Counted from the first letter of the stretch, positions 26,847-37,452 are shown. The stretch is 64,000 nt of DNA from Candidatus Latescibacterota bacterium (GCA_965116885.1 OZ220741.1:2016001-2080000); one strand, 5' to 3'. Made by a program: numbers and translations. The notes: generated by a model from the sequence alone, not told the origin.

Positions 26847-28034
26847 CTACGCTGCACCCGTTTCCCGCCATTTGATGAGTGCGTGGGCGACGGTTTCTAC
26901 CATTTCTTTGACGTCGGCGTTGTGCGCGTCAATGCTGTCGGGAATGGCTTGCAAAAAGGTGCGGATTGTGCCGGCTTGTTCGCAGATGTGTTTGTCGCCA
27001 TAGACGTTGTGTTCAGGTTGTCGGGGGTCGATGAGTACTTTTCGATTTTTTAATGGTTCAGTGTGGTAGTTTTCGAAGATGGCTTGTTCGAGGATTTCCG
27101 CTTTTGCCCGTAGATGGCGCGGCATGGATGCTTTGTCGTGCATGCCAATGCTTCGCGTGAAGTCTGGCCGCGTAAAGTGGGCGTGGACTTCTATGGATGC
27201 ATCTGGCTTTTTGTCGAGGAAATATTGCCACAGTGCCGCGGTTTCTCTGGGTGCGCTTTTGCCTTCTACGAGGTGGTTAATTCCGAATTTTGGGACTTCG
27301 CCTATGGCATTGGTTACGCTGTGTCCTTCGCAAACGCCGTCGGGGTTTGTGATGGGCATGAGGCAGAATTGTATGTGGTTCAGTAATCGCTGTGTGCGTG
27401 CGGTTGGGATGGTCAAGCTGTGGGCTATGTGCAAGATGCCATAGGATACGGGTTCGCACGATTGCATTGTGGCATCGACGAGTAGCGTCAGGTCGCGTGG
27501 TTCGGTTTCCAATACGCAAATGGGTCGTCCCTGGGCAGAGTGGCCGATTTCCCGGTAGGTCCAGATGTCGTATTGTTGGGATAGTTGCCGCGCTTTTTCG
27601 TAGACGACGGAGGGGTCTTCATAAGGGGCAGATGCGATGCGGAGGGTTTCTCCGGGTTGGATGTGGACGGATATGTCGATGTGTTCTGCCGGGTGAAAGT
27701 CCGTGTTTTCTGATGGTACCCACGTCCATCCCGTGTTTTCTCGCCAGATCCACCAGGGGGGATACATGTAGTTCGCGCCTTTTTTGCTGAGTAGGAATCG
27801 CAACGTTGCCCACTTTGCGCGGTTGCCGAGGTGACGCACGCGCACATGGGCCATGTATTCTTTGGGTACGCCTGCGCCGTCGAATAGTTCGTCTAACAGG
27901 TCCTGGAACCATTGCGGGATTTCTTCTTTTTTGTATCCGATTTCGCTTATGCCGGATTCTATGATTCGCATTTCTCCGGCACTGCTACACGGAAAGTTGT
28001 CGTCGATGATGATGTCGTTGTTTTGGAGTTTCAC
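26847..28034 (-). CDS. M14 zinc carboxypeptidase-like protein
   Basis: IGHSAQGRPI, MPITNPDGV, PRET, IEVHAH; the HxxE motif appears as QSCE. Confidence 0.7.
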   Translation of the reverse strand: MKLQNNDIIIDDNFPCSSAGEMRIIESGISEIGYKKEEIPQWFQDLLDELFDGAGVPKEYMAHVRVRHLGNRAKWATLRFLLSKKGANYMYPPWWIWRENTGWTWVPSENTDFHPAEHIDISVHIQPGETLRIASAPYEDPSVVYEKARQLSQQYDIWTYREIGHSAQGRPICVLETEPRDLTLLVDATMQSCEPVSYGILHIAHSLTIPTARTQRLLNHIQFCLMPITNPDGVCEGHSVTNAIGEVPKFGINHLVEGKSAPRETAALWQYFLDKKPDASIEVHAHFTRPDFTRSIGMHDKASMPRHLRAKAEILEQAIFENYHTEPLKNRKVLIDPRQPEHNVYGDKHICEQAGTIRTFLQAIPDSIDAHNADVKEMVETVAHALIKWRETGAA

Positions 28035-29021
28035 TCAACACACCATTCCGCGTTTTGCGCGAATCCCATGGGCGGGCGGGTCGTCGCCGATCCAGCGTTC
28101 GTCAACGGGTTCCGATGCGCGTTGATATCGCGTGTCGGATGATATGCGGTATTGTTTGGAGTGGTTGTCGGAGCTTGAGTGGAGTGTGTACATTGAGAAT
28201 ATCAGCAGGTCTCCCATTTCGTATTCCGATACCAGCCAGCGTCCGCCCAGTTCTTTGCGGGTGGCTATCGCATTAGAGGAATACGATCCGGTCGAGTTCC
28301 ACTTTACAGCAGCCCGCTCTTGATTGGTCAAGTTCCGTCCTTCGGCGCGTGCGCGTTCTACAATTTCCTGGGCATCGCCTTTGTTTTCACAGTACAGATC
28401 GACGTCTGTTGAGCCATATCCCGATTTCAGATCGTGTAATTTGTGTGAGTTTTCGAGTAGCATCAATCCGCCCATGTAGGAGGGTACATCGCCATAGGGT
28501 ATCCAGGCGGTGTAGAGGTTTTTTGTTCCGCGGCCCATATAGACGATGTCGCAGTGGGGATTGGTGGCGGTGTGCAGTCCGGGCTGTTTGGCTCGAAACC
28601 AGGTGTAGTCAAAGTAACGTGCAGGTCCGTCTAAAAAGAAGTCGAAAAACGACATGATCGGGCCTTCGTGGATTACTTTGTCCAGGGGGGGATTGTTGCG
28701 CGCGAGCAGGGGCATAAACGATCCGGTTGCGCGTCCGTCAATTTTCTTTTTTGAAGCTGCAATGCCGTCGATTGCCGGATAGCGTTCGTCTAATACACCC
28801 GCGCCCATGAGCCGATCCATGACTTCCTGCCGAGCGGCTAATACTTCGTCTTTGTTCAGGTGATTTTTGAGAAATAAATAGCCATTCTCTGCCATTCGGC
28901 GGTGGAGTTCGTCGCGATCATCTATCGCGTCATTGGATGCGCGTAAGCCGCCAAAGTCGTCCGACGAGTGGCCCAGGGGTTCGCCCTGATACGTGAGTTT
29001 TAATGCTTTTTCCATTTCCAT
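28035..29021 (-). CDS. PhyH family dioxygenase
   Basis: NGYLFLK; PHCDIVYMGRGT; WIPYGD; GDLLIF..LHSS; RISSDTRYQ. Confidence 0.9.
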   Translation of the reverse strand: MEMEKALKLTYQGEPLGHSSDDFGGLRASNDAIDDRDELHRRMAENGYLFLKNHLNKDEVLAARQEVMDRLMGAGVLDERYPAIDGIAASKKKIDGRATGSFMPLLARNNPPLDKVIHEGPIMSFFDFFLDGPARYFDYTWFRAKQPGLHTATNPHCDIVYMGRGTKNLYTAWIPYGDVPSYMGGLMLLENSHKLHDLKSGYGSTDVDLYCENKGDAQEIVERARAEGRNLTNQERAAVKWNSTGSYSSNAIATRKELGGRWLVSEYEMGDLLIFSMYTLHSSSDNHSKQYRISSDTRYQRASEPVDERWIGDDPPAHGIRAKRGMVC

Positions 29022-29152
29022 AGATTCCTCCAGGATGTTTTGTTATGTGTAATATAAAACAAATAATTTAGATAAACAATGCTGTGCGTTAGGGGTAATG
29101 GAAAATAGTTTCTCTTTTTTGGTTGTGTTATATTTTCTAACAGTGGGATTAT

Positions 29153-29197
29153 GTCTCCCCTCCCCGTATCGGGGAGGGGCCGGGGGAGGGGTCAGAA
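29153..29197. repeat. C/G-run palindromic repeat, copy 1
   Basis: GTCTCCCCTCCCCGTATCGGGGAGGGGCCGGGGGAGGGGTCAGAA; 44/45 identical to 49168-49212. Confidence 0.85.
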
Positions 29198-29228
29198 TTC
29201 GTTTTAAGACAGCTTTTAAGGAGTTTTT

Positions 29229-29972
29229 ATGTTTCTCGCCAATATGACTTCTCCCGATGTCGATGCTTTGTCGCGGGATTTGCTGGTTATTATTCCCGTG
29301 GCTTCGCTTGAGCAACACAGTTTGCATTTGCCCGTTTTTACCGATACGATGATTCTTCAGGAGGTGGTCAACCGCATTGAGAAGCGGTTGTCTGAGGATG
29401 TGTTGATTCTCCCGGTTATGTGGCTGGGGTATTCGCAGCATCACATGAAGTATCCCGGTACGGTTTCTGCGTCTTCCGAGACGCATCTGGCGATTATGAA
29501 CGATGTTCTCGTTTGTATGATTGAACACGGTTTTACGCGATTTCTTCTGATTAATAGCCACGGGGGTAATGAAGCCAATATTTCAGTTTTACGGCAGCGC
29601 GTTATGGAGAGGTATGAAGATGTCGATCTTTATACGACTACGCCGTATGCCGGATCGTCGGATAAAAATATAAATGAGGTTTTGTCGCTGGGGACAAAGG
29701 GGTCCGGGCATGCCGGCGAATGTGAAACTGCTATGATTATGGCGATAGATCCCGATCTGGTGAAGACAGATGCTTTACACGAGGATGGTCAGCGCCGCCG
29801 GGAGAGTATTCGGGGTTTGCGTCTTTACAAGCGGTTTGATCAGAATACAGATCACGGGGGGTTGGGAGATCCGCGTCCTGCTACGGCAGAGATGGGAGAG
29901 CAGATTTTTCAAGTTGCCGAAGATTTTCTGGTTGAGGCTATACGGGAAATTTATCGGGATGGAAGGCGTTAG
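29229..29972 (+). CDS. Creatininase family amidohydrolase
   Basis: SLEQH..HLP..TD; NSHGGN; GHAGECET; GLGDP. Confidence 0.92.
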   Translation: MFLANMTSPDVDALSRDLLVIIPVASLEQHSLHLPVFTDTMILQEVVNRIEKRLSEDVLILPVMWLGYSQHHMKYPGTVSASSETHLAIMNDVLVCMIEHGFTRFLLINSHGGNEANISVLRQRVMERYEDVDLYTTTPYAGSSDKNINEVLSLGTKGSGHAGECETAMIMAIDPDLVKTDALHEDGQRRRESIRGLRLYKRFDQNTDHGGLGDPRPATAEMGEQIFQVAEDFLVEAIREIYRDGRR

Positions 29973-29979
29973 TGTACGT

Positions 29980-30004
29980 GTAGGGGCGAGGCACGCCTCG
30001 CCCG
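29980..30004. repeat. Single GTAG-family REP
   Basis: GTAGGGGCGAGGCACGCCTCGCCC palindrome. Confidence 0.75.
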
Positions 30005-30049
30005 TCCTGGTCAGGGTACAAAACAAGCAGATAGGTGATTTCCAAAATA

Positions 30050-30076
30050 AAAGCCCGCACAGATTGTGCGGGCTTT
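30050..30076. terminator. Bidirectional intrinsic terminator (ssb / creatininase gene)
   Basis: AAAGCCCGCACA-GAT-TGTGCGGGCTTT. Confidence 0.85.
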
Positions 30077-30092
30077 GTCGTTTGTATCGCGC

Positions 30093-30575
30093 CTAAAATG
30101 GCAGGTCGTCGTCTGCGGCATAAGGCGGTGGATCTGGATTGGCCGTGTCGTCCGATGCAGAATCGTTTGACTGTGGTTTTGACTGCCCTCCGCCCTGAGG
30201 CGCGCCACCGCCATAGCTACCATCCATACCGTCCATTTCGCCGCGGGTATCGAGCATTTGCATGTCGCGGGCAACCACTTCGGTGGTGTAGCGCTTTAGT
30301 CCATCTTGCCCTTCCCAACTGCGCGTTTGCAACTTGCCTTCGATATAGACTTTGCTGCCTTTGCGCAAATACTGGTTACAAATTTCAGCCAAACGGCCCC
30401 ACACGACAATGCGATGCCATTCGGTGCGTTCTTGTCTTTCGCCACTGCTGTCGGTCCAACTTTCGTTGGTGGCGATGCTAAAGTTCGATACGGCTGTGCC
30501 CCCTGGCGTGTATCGAAGCTCGGGATCGGCACCAGAATTGCCGATCAAAATGACTTTGTTGACTCCTCGTGCCAT
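30093..30575 (-). CDS. ssb: Single-stranded DNA-binding protein
   Basis: [41 protein letters not shown]; acidic tail DDDLPF; AAGGAGG RBS. Confidence 0.98.
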   Translation of the reverse strand: MARGVNKVILIGNSGADPELRYTPGGTAVSNFSIATNESWTDSSGERQERTEWHRIVVWGRLAEICNQYLRKGSKVYIEGKLQTRSWEGQDGLKRYTTEVVARDMQMLDTRGEMDGMDGSYGGGAPQGGGQSKPQSNDSASDDTANPDPPPYAADDDLPF

Positions 30576-30682
30576 ACGTGGCCTCCTTAGGATTGAAGTA
30601 TGCGTTTCAGGGATCATGGCACGACCCTGTAAGAACTTGGTACGAATATACTTTTGCATGTGGGATTTGTCAAGGTAACAGT

Positions 30683-30788
30683 ATTAAAAATTGAGAATTA
30701 ATAATTAAAAATTGAAGAGCGAGGACAATGAAGAGGTCTGAACTGCGACCAGTTGAAAACCGTTCCCTAATTTTTAATTTTTAATTAT
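30683..30788. repeat. AT-rich heptamer tandem repeats in inverted arrangement
   Basis: ATTAAAAATTGAGAATTAATAATTAAAAATTGAA ... TAATTTTTAATTTTTAATTA. Confidence 0.6.
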
Positions 30789-30815
30789 CTTGGATACATA
30801 TTCAAAGGAGGTTTT

Positions 30816-31763
30816 ATGGAATATCGCATATTGGGACGCACGGGGCTGAAGGTTTCGATTATGGGTATTGGCGGCGGTGGGCCTACGCAAATGGGGCAAA
30901 AGACGGGTGTCGATCAGGCGGGCGTGAATCGTTTGGTGCAGCGCGCGCTGGATCTCGGTATCAATTTTTTCGATACGGCTGCTGCGTATGGCGAGAGTGA
31001 GACGATTCTCGGAAATGCGCTCAAGGATGTGCCGCGCGATGATTATATTCTGGCGACGAAATTTCACGCCCATCATCACCGCAGTAATGAGCTTGCGAGT
31101 CCAGGGGAAGTCGTCGATTCTATTGAGCGCAGTTTGAAGCGTTTGCAGGTGGATTATGTCGATGTGATGCAGTGGCACGGTGTTCGTCCATACCATTATT
31201 CTGAGGCTATTGAGCAGTTGTGGCCCACGGTGGAGCGGTTGAAAGATCAGGGGAAGTTCGGGTTTATGGGGGTGAGTGAGACGTATGCCGAAGATCATAA
31301 GCACGAGATGTTTTCTATGGCTTTGTCGGATGATTTGTTCGATACGGCTATGGTGGGTTATAATTTGTTGAGTCCAACGCCCGAGCACGAGGTTTTGCCT
31401 ATGTGTCAGGAGCGGGATGTGGGCGTGATTTGCATGGTTGCGGTTCGGCGGGCACTGGCTCGGCCCGATGTGCTCAAGGAGCGCATTGCGTATGCAAAGG
31501 ATAAGGGGTTGATTGCGCGAGACGCGCTGGAGGATGAGGATCCGTTGGGATGGCTGGTCAAGGGCGATGTTACGTCGTTGCCCGCGGCGGGTTACAAGTA
31601 TGTGAATGCACATCCCGCGATGGGTGTGGTGCTGTCGGGGACCGCTAATATCGATCATTTGGAGGAGAATGTGAAGGCGATTCTCGGCCCGCCTTTGCCA
31701 GATGAAGATATGGCGCGGTTGCGGTCTATTTTTGGCGATGTGTGGGAGCCGTTGGGGAATTAA
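30816..31763 (+). CDS. Aldo/keto reductase
   Basis: MEYRILGRTGLKVS; GINFFDTAAAYG.SE; SLKRLQVDYVD. Confidence 0.95.
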   Translation: MEYRILGRTGLKVSIMGIGGGGPTQMGQKTGVDQAGVNRLVQRALDLGINFFDTAAAYGESETILGNALKDVPRDDYILATKFHAHHHRSNELASPGEVVDSIERSLKRLQVDYVDVMQWHGVRPYHYSEAIEQLWPTVERLKDQGKFGFMGVSETYAEDHKHEMFSMALSDDLFDTAMVGYNLLSPTPEHEVLPMCQERDVGVICMVAVRRALARPDVLKERIAYAKDKGLIARDALEDEDPLGWLVKGDVTSLPAAGYKYVNAHPAMGVVLSGTANIDHLEENVKAILGPPLPDEDMARLRSIFGDVWEPLGN

Positions 31764-31773
31764 AGGAGGTTTT

Positions 31774-32964
31774 TTGAATAATCCAATTTCTGAGTGGAAT
31801 CGGGACTTTCGTTTGCTGGCGCTTGCGGTTGCTTCGCAGGGGATTTTTTTTGGCGTGCAGTTGACGCTTTACAACAATTTTGTTGTTGATCGCCTGAATA
31901 TCGACGCGCACGAATTGGGGTATGTGGAAGCCCTGCGCGAGGTGTCGGGGTTTATGAATGCGTTTTTTGTCGCGCTGATGGTGCGGTTCGCGCCTCCTGT
32001 TGTGGCTGCGATTTCGCTGATGGTTATGGGCGCGGGCATTATGGCGTATGCGCAGGTTGATTCGGTTTTTTTGCTGGCGGTGTATTCGTTTGTGTGGGGT
32101 GTGGGGTTTCACTGCTGGATACCGATGGAGCAGTCGATGGCGTTGCTTTTTTCGCCAGAGGGTAAGAAGGGAAAGTGGTTGGGGCAGTTGCGCAGTGTGA
32201 ATAGTGTGGCGTGGTTGTTGTCTATTCTGATTTGTAAGTTGGCTTACGATTTTGTCGGGTACAATGGTTTGTTTATTATGGCGGGTGCTGCTACTGTGGG
32301 CGGTGGTTTTGCCATTTTGTTTGCGTCTCGCAAGCGGCCAGCTCACGAGCGGAGTTTTGTGTTTAAGCGGCGGTATGGTCTGTATTATGCGCTGAATTTT
32401 TTGCAGGGTATGCGGAAGCAGATGTTTATTACGTTTGCGATTTTTGCTCTGGTGAAGATCCACGGGATGCCCGTGCATACGACGATGATTCTGGTGCTGA
32501 TGAATCAGACGTTGATTACGCTGACTGCGCCGACGATGGGCAAGTTGGTGGATCAGTACGGCGAGCGGAAGATGCTGTCGCTCAGTTATATTGGATTGAC
32601 GTTTGTGTTTCTTGGATACGCGGTGGTGACGCATCGGCCCACGCTGTACGTTTTGTATTGTGTCGATAATATTATCTTTTTTGGCGGGATTGCACTGACG
32701 ACGTATTTGCACAAGATCGCGCCGGAGTCGGATCTCAAGCCGTCGCTTGCGATGGGTGTGACGATGAATCATGTGGCTTCGGTCGCAGCACCGCTTTTGG
32801 GCGGTTTCGCATGGCACTATTTTGGCTATCAGGTGATTTTCTTTAGCGGTGCTGTTCTGGCTCTGATTTCGCTGATTGTGAGTCAATGGGTAGATCCCGA
32901 GGGGCAGCTTGAGCGAGAACGGGAGGAGATGTCCGGTGGCGTGGCTGCACAACCCGTGTCGTAA
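31774..32964 (+). CDS. MFS transporter
   Basis: About 12 hydrophobic segments; GKLVDQYGER motif-A-like; TTG start after AAGGAGG. Confidence 0.9.
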   Translation: MNNPISEWNRDFRLLALAVASQGIFFGVQLTLYNNFVVDRLNIDAHELGYVEALREVSGFMNAFFVALMVRFAPPVVAAISLMVMGAGIMAYAQVDSVFLLAVYSFVWGVGFHCWIPMEQSMALLFSPEGKKGKWLGQLRSVNSVAWLLSILICKLAYDFVGYNGLFIMAGAATVGGGFAILFASRKRPAHERSFVFKRRYGLYYALNFLQGMRKQMFITFAIFALVKIHGMPVHTTMILVLMNQTLITLTAPTMGKLVDQYGERKMLSLSYIGLTFVFLGYAVVTHRPTLYVLYCVDNIIFFGGIALTTYLHKIAPESDLKPSLAMGVTMNHVASVAAPLLGGFAWHYFGYQVIFFSGAVLALISLIVSQWVDPEGQLEREREEMSGGVAAQPVS

Positions 32965-32977
32965 GCGGAGACATCCG

Positions 32978-34912
32978 ATGTCAGATAATGCGTTTGATAT
33001 ATGGGAACCGATGGTTGAAGATGACGAGGCGATCCGAGCGGCGTTGGAGGATGCGAATATTCCCGCGCTGATGGTTTCTCTGGTGCATTTGACCGGGGAT
33101 ATGGACATTGTTCGGGGGGAGATTCGCCCACGGGCGCGGAATCTGGCGGATCCACAGGCGGGTGTGAAAGAGGAGCAGCAGGCGGTTGTTCGGGAGATTG
33201 CTTTTGAGGTGTTGAAGGCCTATCGGGATCGCGGTTGTACTTTGCCTCCTGCACCGGACCGGGCGCGGGTTTGGGAGATGATGAATTTTATGATTGGGGA
33301 GGAGATTCCCGAAGATTACGGGGCGTTTTTGGAGGGGGAGTTGTCTTTGAATGGCGAGGATCCGTTTGTGCCTCCGGGGATGGATGATTTGCCCGGGGAT
33401 AAGCGGCGGGATTTTCGCGTTTTGATTATTGGGGCGGGGATGTCCGGGTTGCTGGCGGCGCATCGGCTTCAAGAGGCGGGGATTTCGTTTACGGTGGTGG
33501 AGAAGAATGCCGATGTGGGGGGGACATGGCTGGAGAATACGTATCCTGGATGCCGTGTTGACAGTCCAAATCACTCGTATTCCTATTCTTTTGTGCCCAA
33601 GAATTGGCCGCAGTATTTTTCCACGCAGCAGGTGCTTCTCGATTATTTCAGACAGTTTGCAGCGGATTTTCGTCTGCGCGAGCATATTCGGTTTCAGACA
33701 GAGGTTGTGTGTGGTCGTTTTGATGAAGCGCGAAAGGTCTGGAAGGTTGAGGTGCGGGATAAAGAGGGGGTGCGGCAGACGATGGAGGCAAATGCCATTA
33801 TCAGTGCTGTGGGGCAGCTCAATCGCCCAAAGTTGCCGGATATTGCGGGGCGTGAGTGCTTTCGGGGGATTGCTTTTCATTCTGCGCGATGGCCGCGGGA
33901 GTGCGATTTGACGGATAAGCGCGTTGGGGTGATTGGTACGGGCGCGAGTGCCTTTCAGTTTGTGCCGGAGATTGCAAAACAGGCGCGCGATGTTTTTGTG
34001 TTTCAGCGTACGCCGCCCTGGATTCAGCCCAATCCGCATTATCACGCGGATGTGCCAGAGGGGCAGCACTATCTTTTGAATCATGTGCCGTTTTACGCCA
34101 AGTGGTTTCGGCTGTTTATGTTCTGGCGTTCGGCAGAGGGGATGCTCGGTGCGGCGAAAAAGGATCCGGCATGGCCGCATCAGGAACGCGCGGTGAGTAA
34201 GGCGAATGACAAGGTGCGCCAGCGGATTATAGAATATATCGAGTCCGTGCTGGGCGATGATCCCGAGTTGATGCAGAAGTGTATTCCAGATTTTCCACCG
34301 GCCGGCAAGCGCATGTTGTGGGATAATGGCCTGTGGTTGCATACTTTGAAGCGGGAGAATGTGCATCTGATTACGGATCCGATAGAGAGGATTACGGAGT
34401 CCGGTTTGACGACGCGGTCAGGTGAGGACTATGATTTTGATGTGCTGATTTACGGTACGGGGTTTCAGCCGAGTCGGATGTTGTGGCCGATGACGTTTGA
34501 GGGGGTTGGGCGCAGGGATTTACAGGCGCATTGGGATGGCGATCCGCGCGCGTATAAAGGCGTTTCTATTCCGGGATTTCCCAATTTTTTTTGTATGTAT
34601 GGTCCCAATACGAATATTGTTGTGAATGGGAGTATTATCTTTTTTTCTGAGTGCGAGATGAGGTATATCCTGGGGTGTATCAAACTTCTGATTGAGACGG
34701 GATGCGCTGCGATGGATTGCAAACGGGATGTGCACGATCGGTATAATGAGCGCATTGATGCGGGTAATCTGGAGATGGCATGGGGCGCGCCAAATGTTCG
34801 GAGTTGGTATAAGAATGAAGCAGGGCGGGTGACGCAAAATTGGCCGTTTTCAATGCACGAGTTCTGGAAGCAAACGCGGGCACCCGATCCCGAGGATTAT
34901 GTGTTTGTTTAA
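32978..34912 (+). CDS. Baeyer-Villiger/flavin monooxygenase (4-hydroxyacetophenone monooxygenase-like, N-terminally extended)
   Basis: IIGAGMSG; GGTWLENTYPGCRVD; BVMO fingerprint FRGIAFHSARWP; IGTGASA. Confidence 0.92.
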   Translation: MSDNAFDIWEPMVEDDEAIRAALEDANIPALMVSLVHLTGDMDIVRGEIRPRARNLADPQAGVKEEQQAVVREIAFEVLKAYRDRGCTLPPAPDRARVWEMMNFMIGEEIPEDYGAFLEGELSLNGEDPFVPPGMDDLPGDKRRDFRVLIIGAGMSGLLAAHRLQEAGISFTVVEKNADVGGTWLENTYPGCRVDSPNHSYSYSFVPKNWPQYFSTQQVLLDYFRQFAADFRLREHIRFQTEVVCGRFDEARKVWKVEVRDKEGVRQTMEANAIISAVGQLNRPKLPDIAGRECFRGIAFHSARWPRECDLTDKRVGVIGTGASAFQFVPEIAKQARDVFVFQRTPPWIQPNPHYHADVPEGQHYLLNHVPFYAKWFRLFMFWRSAEGMLGAAKKDPAWPHQERAVSKANDKVRQRIIEYIESVLGDDPELMQKCIPDFPPAGKRMLWDNGLWLHTLKRENVHLITDPIERITESGLTTRSGEDYDFDVLIYGTGFQPSRMLWPMTFEGVGRRDLQAHWDGDPRAYKGVSIPGFPNFFCMYGPNTNIVVNGSIIFFSECEMRYILGCIKLLIETGCAAMDCKRDVHDRYNERIDAGNLEMAWGAPNVRSWYKNEAGRVTQNWPFSMHEFWKQTRAPDPEDYVFV

Positions 34913-34918
34913 TTTCTC

Positions 34919-37345
34919 ATGTTATCAAACTATTTCACTATCGCATGCCGCAATTTGTGGTCGCACAAGCGCGATACGCTGATCAATTTGCTCAGTCTTA
35001 TTGTGGGGCTGTCGTGTTGTGTGATGGCGATTGTGATTATTTATTGCGAGATGAGCTATGACCGGTTTCATCCGGATGTGCATCGCATTTATCGGGTTTT
35101 GCGGGAGCGGGTGAGCAATGAGCAGACGCAGGTGCGGTGGCTGACTTCGGGGGCGCTCGCCCGGACACTTGAGGCGGAGATGCCCGAAGTTGAGTTGGCG
35201 TCCAAGAATCGCATTTATCCGGTTGTGGTGCGCTTTGAGGATCGAGAATTTACGCTGGCGCAGGGGCAGGTTGACGACCGATTTTTTGAGTTGTTTCATT
35301 TTCCTTTTGCTATTGGTGATGCCGATGTGCTTGAACAGCCGTATCGGGTTGCGATTACGGAGTCAGCGGCAGAGAAGTTGTTTGGCAAGGCCGATCCCAT
35401 AGGCAAGGTTATTACGATTCGCGAGCGGTATTACGGCGGCGATTATACGGTTGCCGCTGTTTTGCAGACGCCTCCAAAGTTTTCGTCCATTCAGTTTGAT
35501 TTGCTGCATTTTACCAATGGGCGAACAGTGGAGGCTGTTTTTGATTGGACGCAGTGGAAGGGGTTGGTGCAACAGGCGGGTATTGAGACTTTTGTGCGTT
35601 TGCGCGATGGGGTAAATGCGGGTGAATTTGAAGCAAAGATGTCGGGTGTTATTGAACGGCATATGGGCGCAGATGTGCGCCGGATTCTTTCGTTTCGCTT
35701 GCAGCCTCTTGCGCGGGTGCATCTGTATGGGGTTCGGGATTACAATTTGTCTTCGGGTGGCAATGTTCAGACGCTCTATCTTTTTGCGGCGATTGCGGTG
35801 CTGGTGCTGGCGATTGCGGCGATTAATTTTGTCAATCTCTCTACGGCGCGTTCGATGTACCGCGCGCGCGAGGTGGGGATGCGAAAGGTGGTTGGGGCGC
35901 GTCGCGGTCAGTTGGTTCAGCAGTTTTTGTGCGAGACGGTTTTGCTGGCGTTGCTGGCTGTGGTTATAGCCGTGCCTCTGGCGCGCGTCGCGTTGTCGGA
36001 AATCAGCGCGCAGACGGACGCGCATTACGCGCTTGACGCGCCGATGCTGTTCGTGCTCTTGCCGGGTCTTTTAGGGCTTGCCGTGTTTGTGGGGTTGATG
36101 GCGGGGGTATATCCGGCGTTTTATTTTTCGGGGTTTCGTCCGGCTGATGTGCTCAAGGGCGTCGCGTATTTGCCGGGTGCGCGGCTTCGGCAGGTTCTGG
36201 TTGTGGCGCAATTTGCCGTTGCTATTTTGCTTGTGATTGTTGCGGATGTTATTTATCGGCAATTGGACTTTATTCAGCACAAGGATCTCGGTTTTGACAA
36301 AGAGCATCTCGTTTTGCTGCCGATCTTTAAGCTGGATCGCCGGCTCAAGACCAATGATGATCCCTGGCTCGTGGCACAGTACAATGCTGTAAAGCAGGCG
36401 TTTTTGGTACATCCCAATGTTGTTTCGGTGTCTGCGTTTCGCTTTTTGCCCGGGCGTGATGGCGGTGGTTTTGTGCGGATTGTCAAGCCGGAAGGTCAGG
36501 ACCATACCGAGTGGCGAATGCCCGTGCAGGAGGCCGATGAAGATTTTTTTTCTACTTTCGGTGTGTCTATTATAGCTGGTCGCACGTTTTCACCCGGGGT
36601 TGAGCGCGATCGCACGCATGCGTATATTCTCAATGAGTCTGCTGTGCGCGCGCTTGGCTGGACGGTAGAGGATGCCGTGGGGCGGCGTTTTGGGCGGGCG
36701 CGTTCAGAAGAGGATGCCAAAGGTACTGTGATTGGCGTGGTTTCAGATTTTCACTACGCTTCTCTTCGACAACCGATTGGGCCAGCGGTTTTTGCTTATC
36801 GGCAGTGGTTTTACGATTATCTGGCGCTGCGGGTACGCGATTTTTCAGGGGTTCGACCTTTTCTCAAGGAGACCTGGGATACATTTATGCCAGCCGATAA
36901 GCCTTTTGAGTTTACATTTTTGGACGAGGAACTCGATGCGATTTATCGGGCGGAAAGAGATTTGGGACAGGCTGTTACCGCTTTTGCCGGGCTGGCTATT
37001 TTGCTGGCGTGTTTGGGGTTGTTCGGTTTGGCGGCTTTTACGGCTGAACGCCGCAGGCGCGAGATCGGTATTCGCAAGGTGCTCGGTGCGTCTGTTTCAA
37101 GTGTTGTTTTGTTGTTGTCCAAAGCGTTTTTGAAGCTGGTGCTTGTCGCCAATCTCATTGCCTGGCCCGTTGCCTATTATTTGACAAATACCTATTTGCA
37201 AAATTTTGCGTATCGCGCGTCCCTCAGTTTGTGGCCTTTTGTTTTTTCGGGTTTGCTCGCGCTCCTGATTGCGCTTTTGACCGTTGGTACGCAGGCGTTC
37301 AGGGTTGCGCATGCTAATCCCGTGGAAGTACTGAGGCATGAATAG
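34919..37345 (+). CDS. MacB/FtsX-family ABC transporter permease
   Basis: IAAINFVNLSTARS..REVGMRKVVGA; RRREIGIRKVLGAS; ANPVEVLRHE. Confidence 0.95.
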   Translation: MLSNYFTIACRNLWSHKRDTLINLLSLIVGLSCCVMAIVIIYCEMSYDRFHPDVHRIYRVLRERVSNEQTQVRWLTSGALARTLEAEMPEVELASKNRIYPVVVRFEDREFTLAQGQVDDRFFELFHFPFAIGDADVLEQPYRVAITESAAEKLFGKADPIGKVITIRERYYGGDYTVAAVLQTPPKFSSIQFDLLHFTNGRTVEAVFDWTQWKGLVQQAGIETFVRLRDGVNAGEFEAKMSGVIERHMGADVRRILSFRLQPLARVHLYGVRDYNLSSGGNVQTLYLFAAIAVLVLAIAAINFVNLSTARSMYRAREVGMRKVVGARRGQLVQQFLCETVLLALLAVVIAVPLARVALSEISAQTDAHYALDAPMLFVLLPGLLGLAVFVGLMAGVYPAFYFSGFRPADVLKGVAYLPGARLRQVLVVAQFAVAILLVIVADVIYRQLDFIQHKDLGFDKEHLVLLPIFKLDRRLKTNDDPWLVAQYNAVKQAFLVHPNVVSVSAFRFLPGRDGGGFVRIVKPEGQDHTEWRMPVQEADEDFFSTFGVSIIAGRTFSPGVERDRTHAYILNESAVRALGWTVEDAVGRRFGRARSEEDAKGTVIGVVSDFHYASLRQPIGPAVFAYRQWFYDYLALRVRDFSGVRPFLKETWDTFMPADKPFEFTFLDEELDAIYRAERDLGQAVTAFAGLAILLACLGLFGLAAFTAERRRREIGIRKVLGASVSSVVLLLSKAFLKLVLVANLIAWPVAYYLTNTYLQNFAYRASLSLWPFVFSGLLALLIALLTVGTQAFRVAHANPVEVLRHE

Positions 37346-37452
37346 GTGTGTAACAGGATTTAAGTCGCAGCACAATGCCAGTAATCCAGAGGAACTCGCG
37401 TCTTTCTGATACGTATAATATTGAAACTGATCACTACTACGGAGGTCCTCCC

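Noticed and set aside
31726..34366. Long antisense ORFs (460 and 461 aa), and similar ones at 19872-20861, 24799-25665 and 30774-31658
   Set aside because: They are shadows of well-supported genes, with H/Q/R/P/I-biased composition and no recognisable motifs
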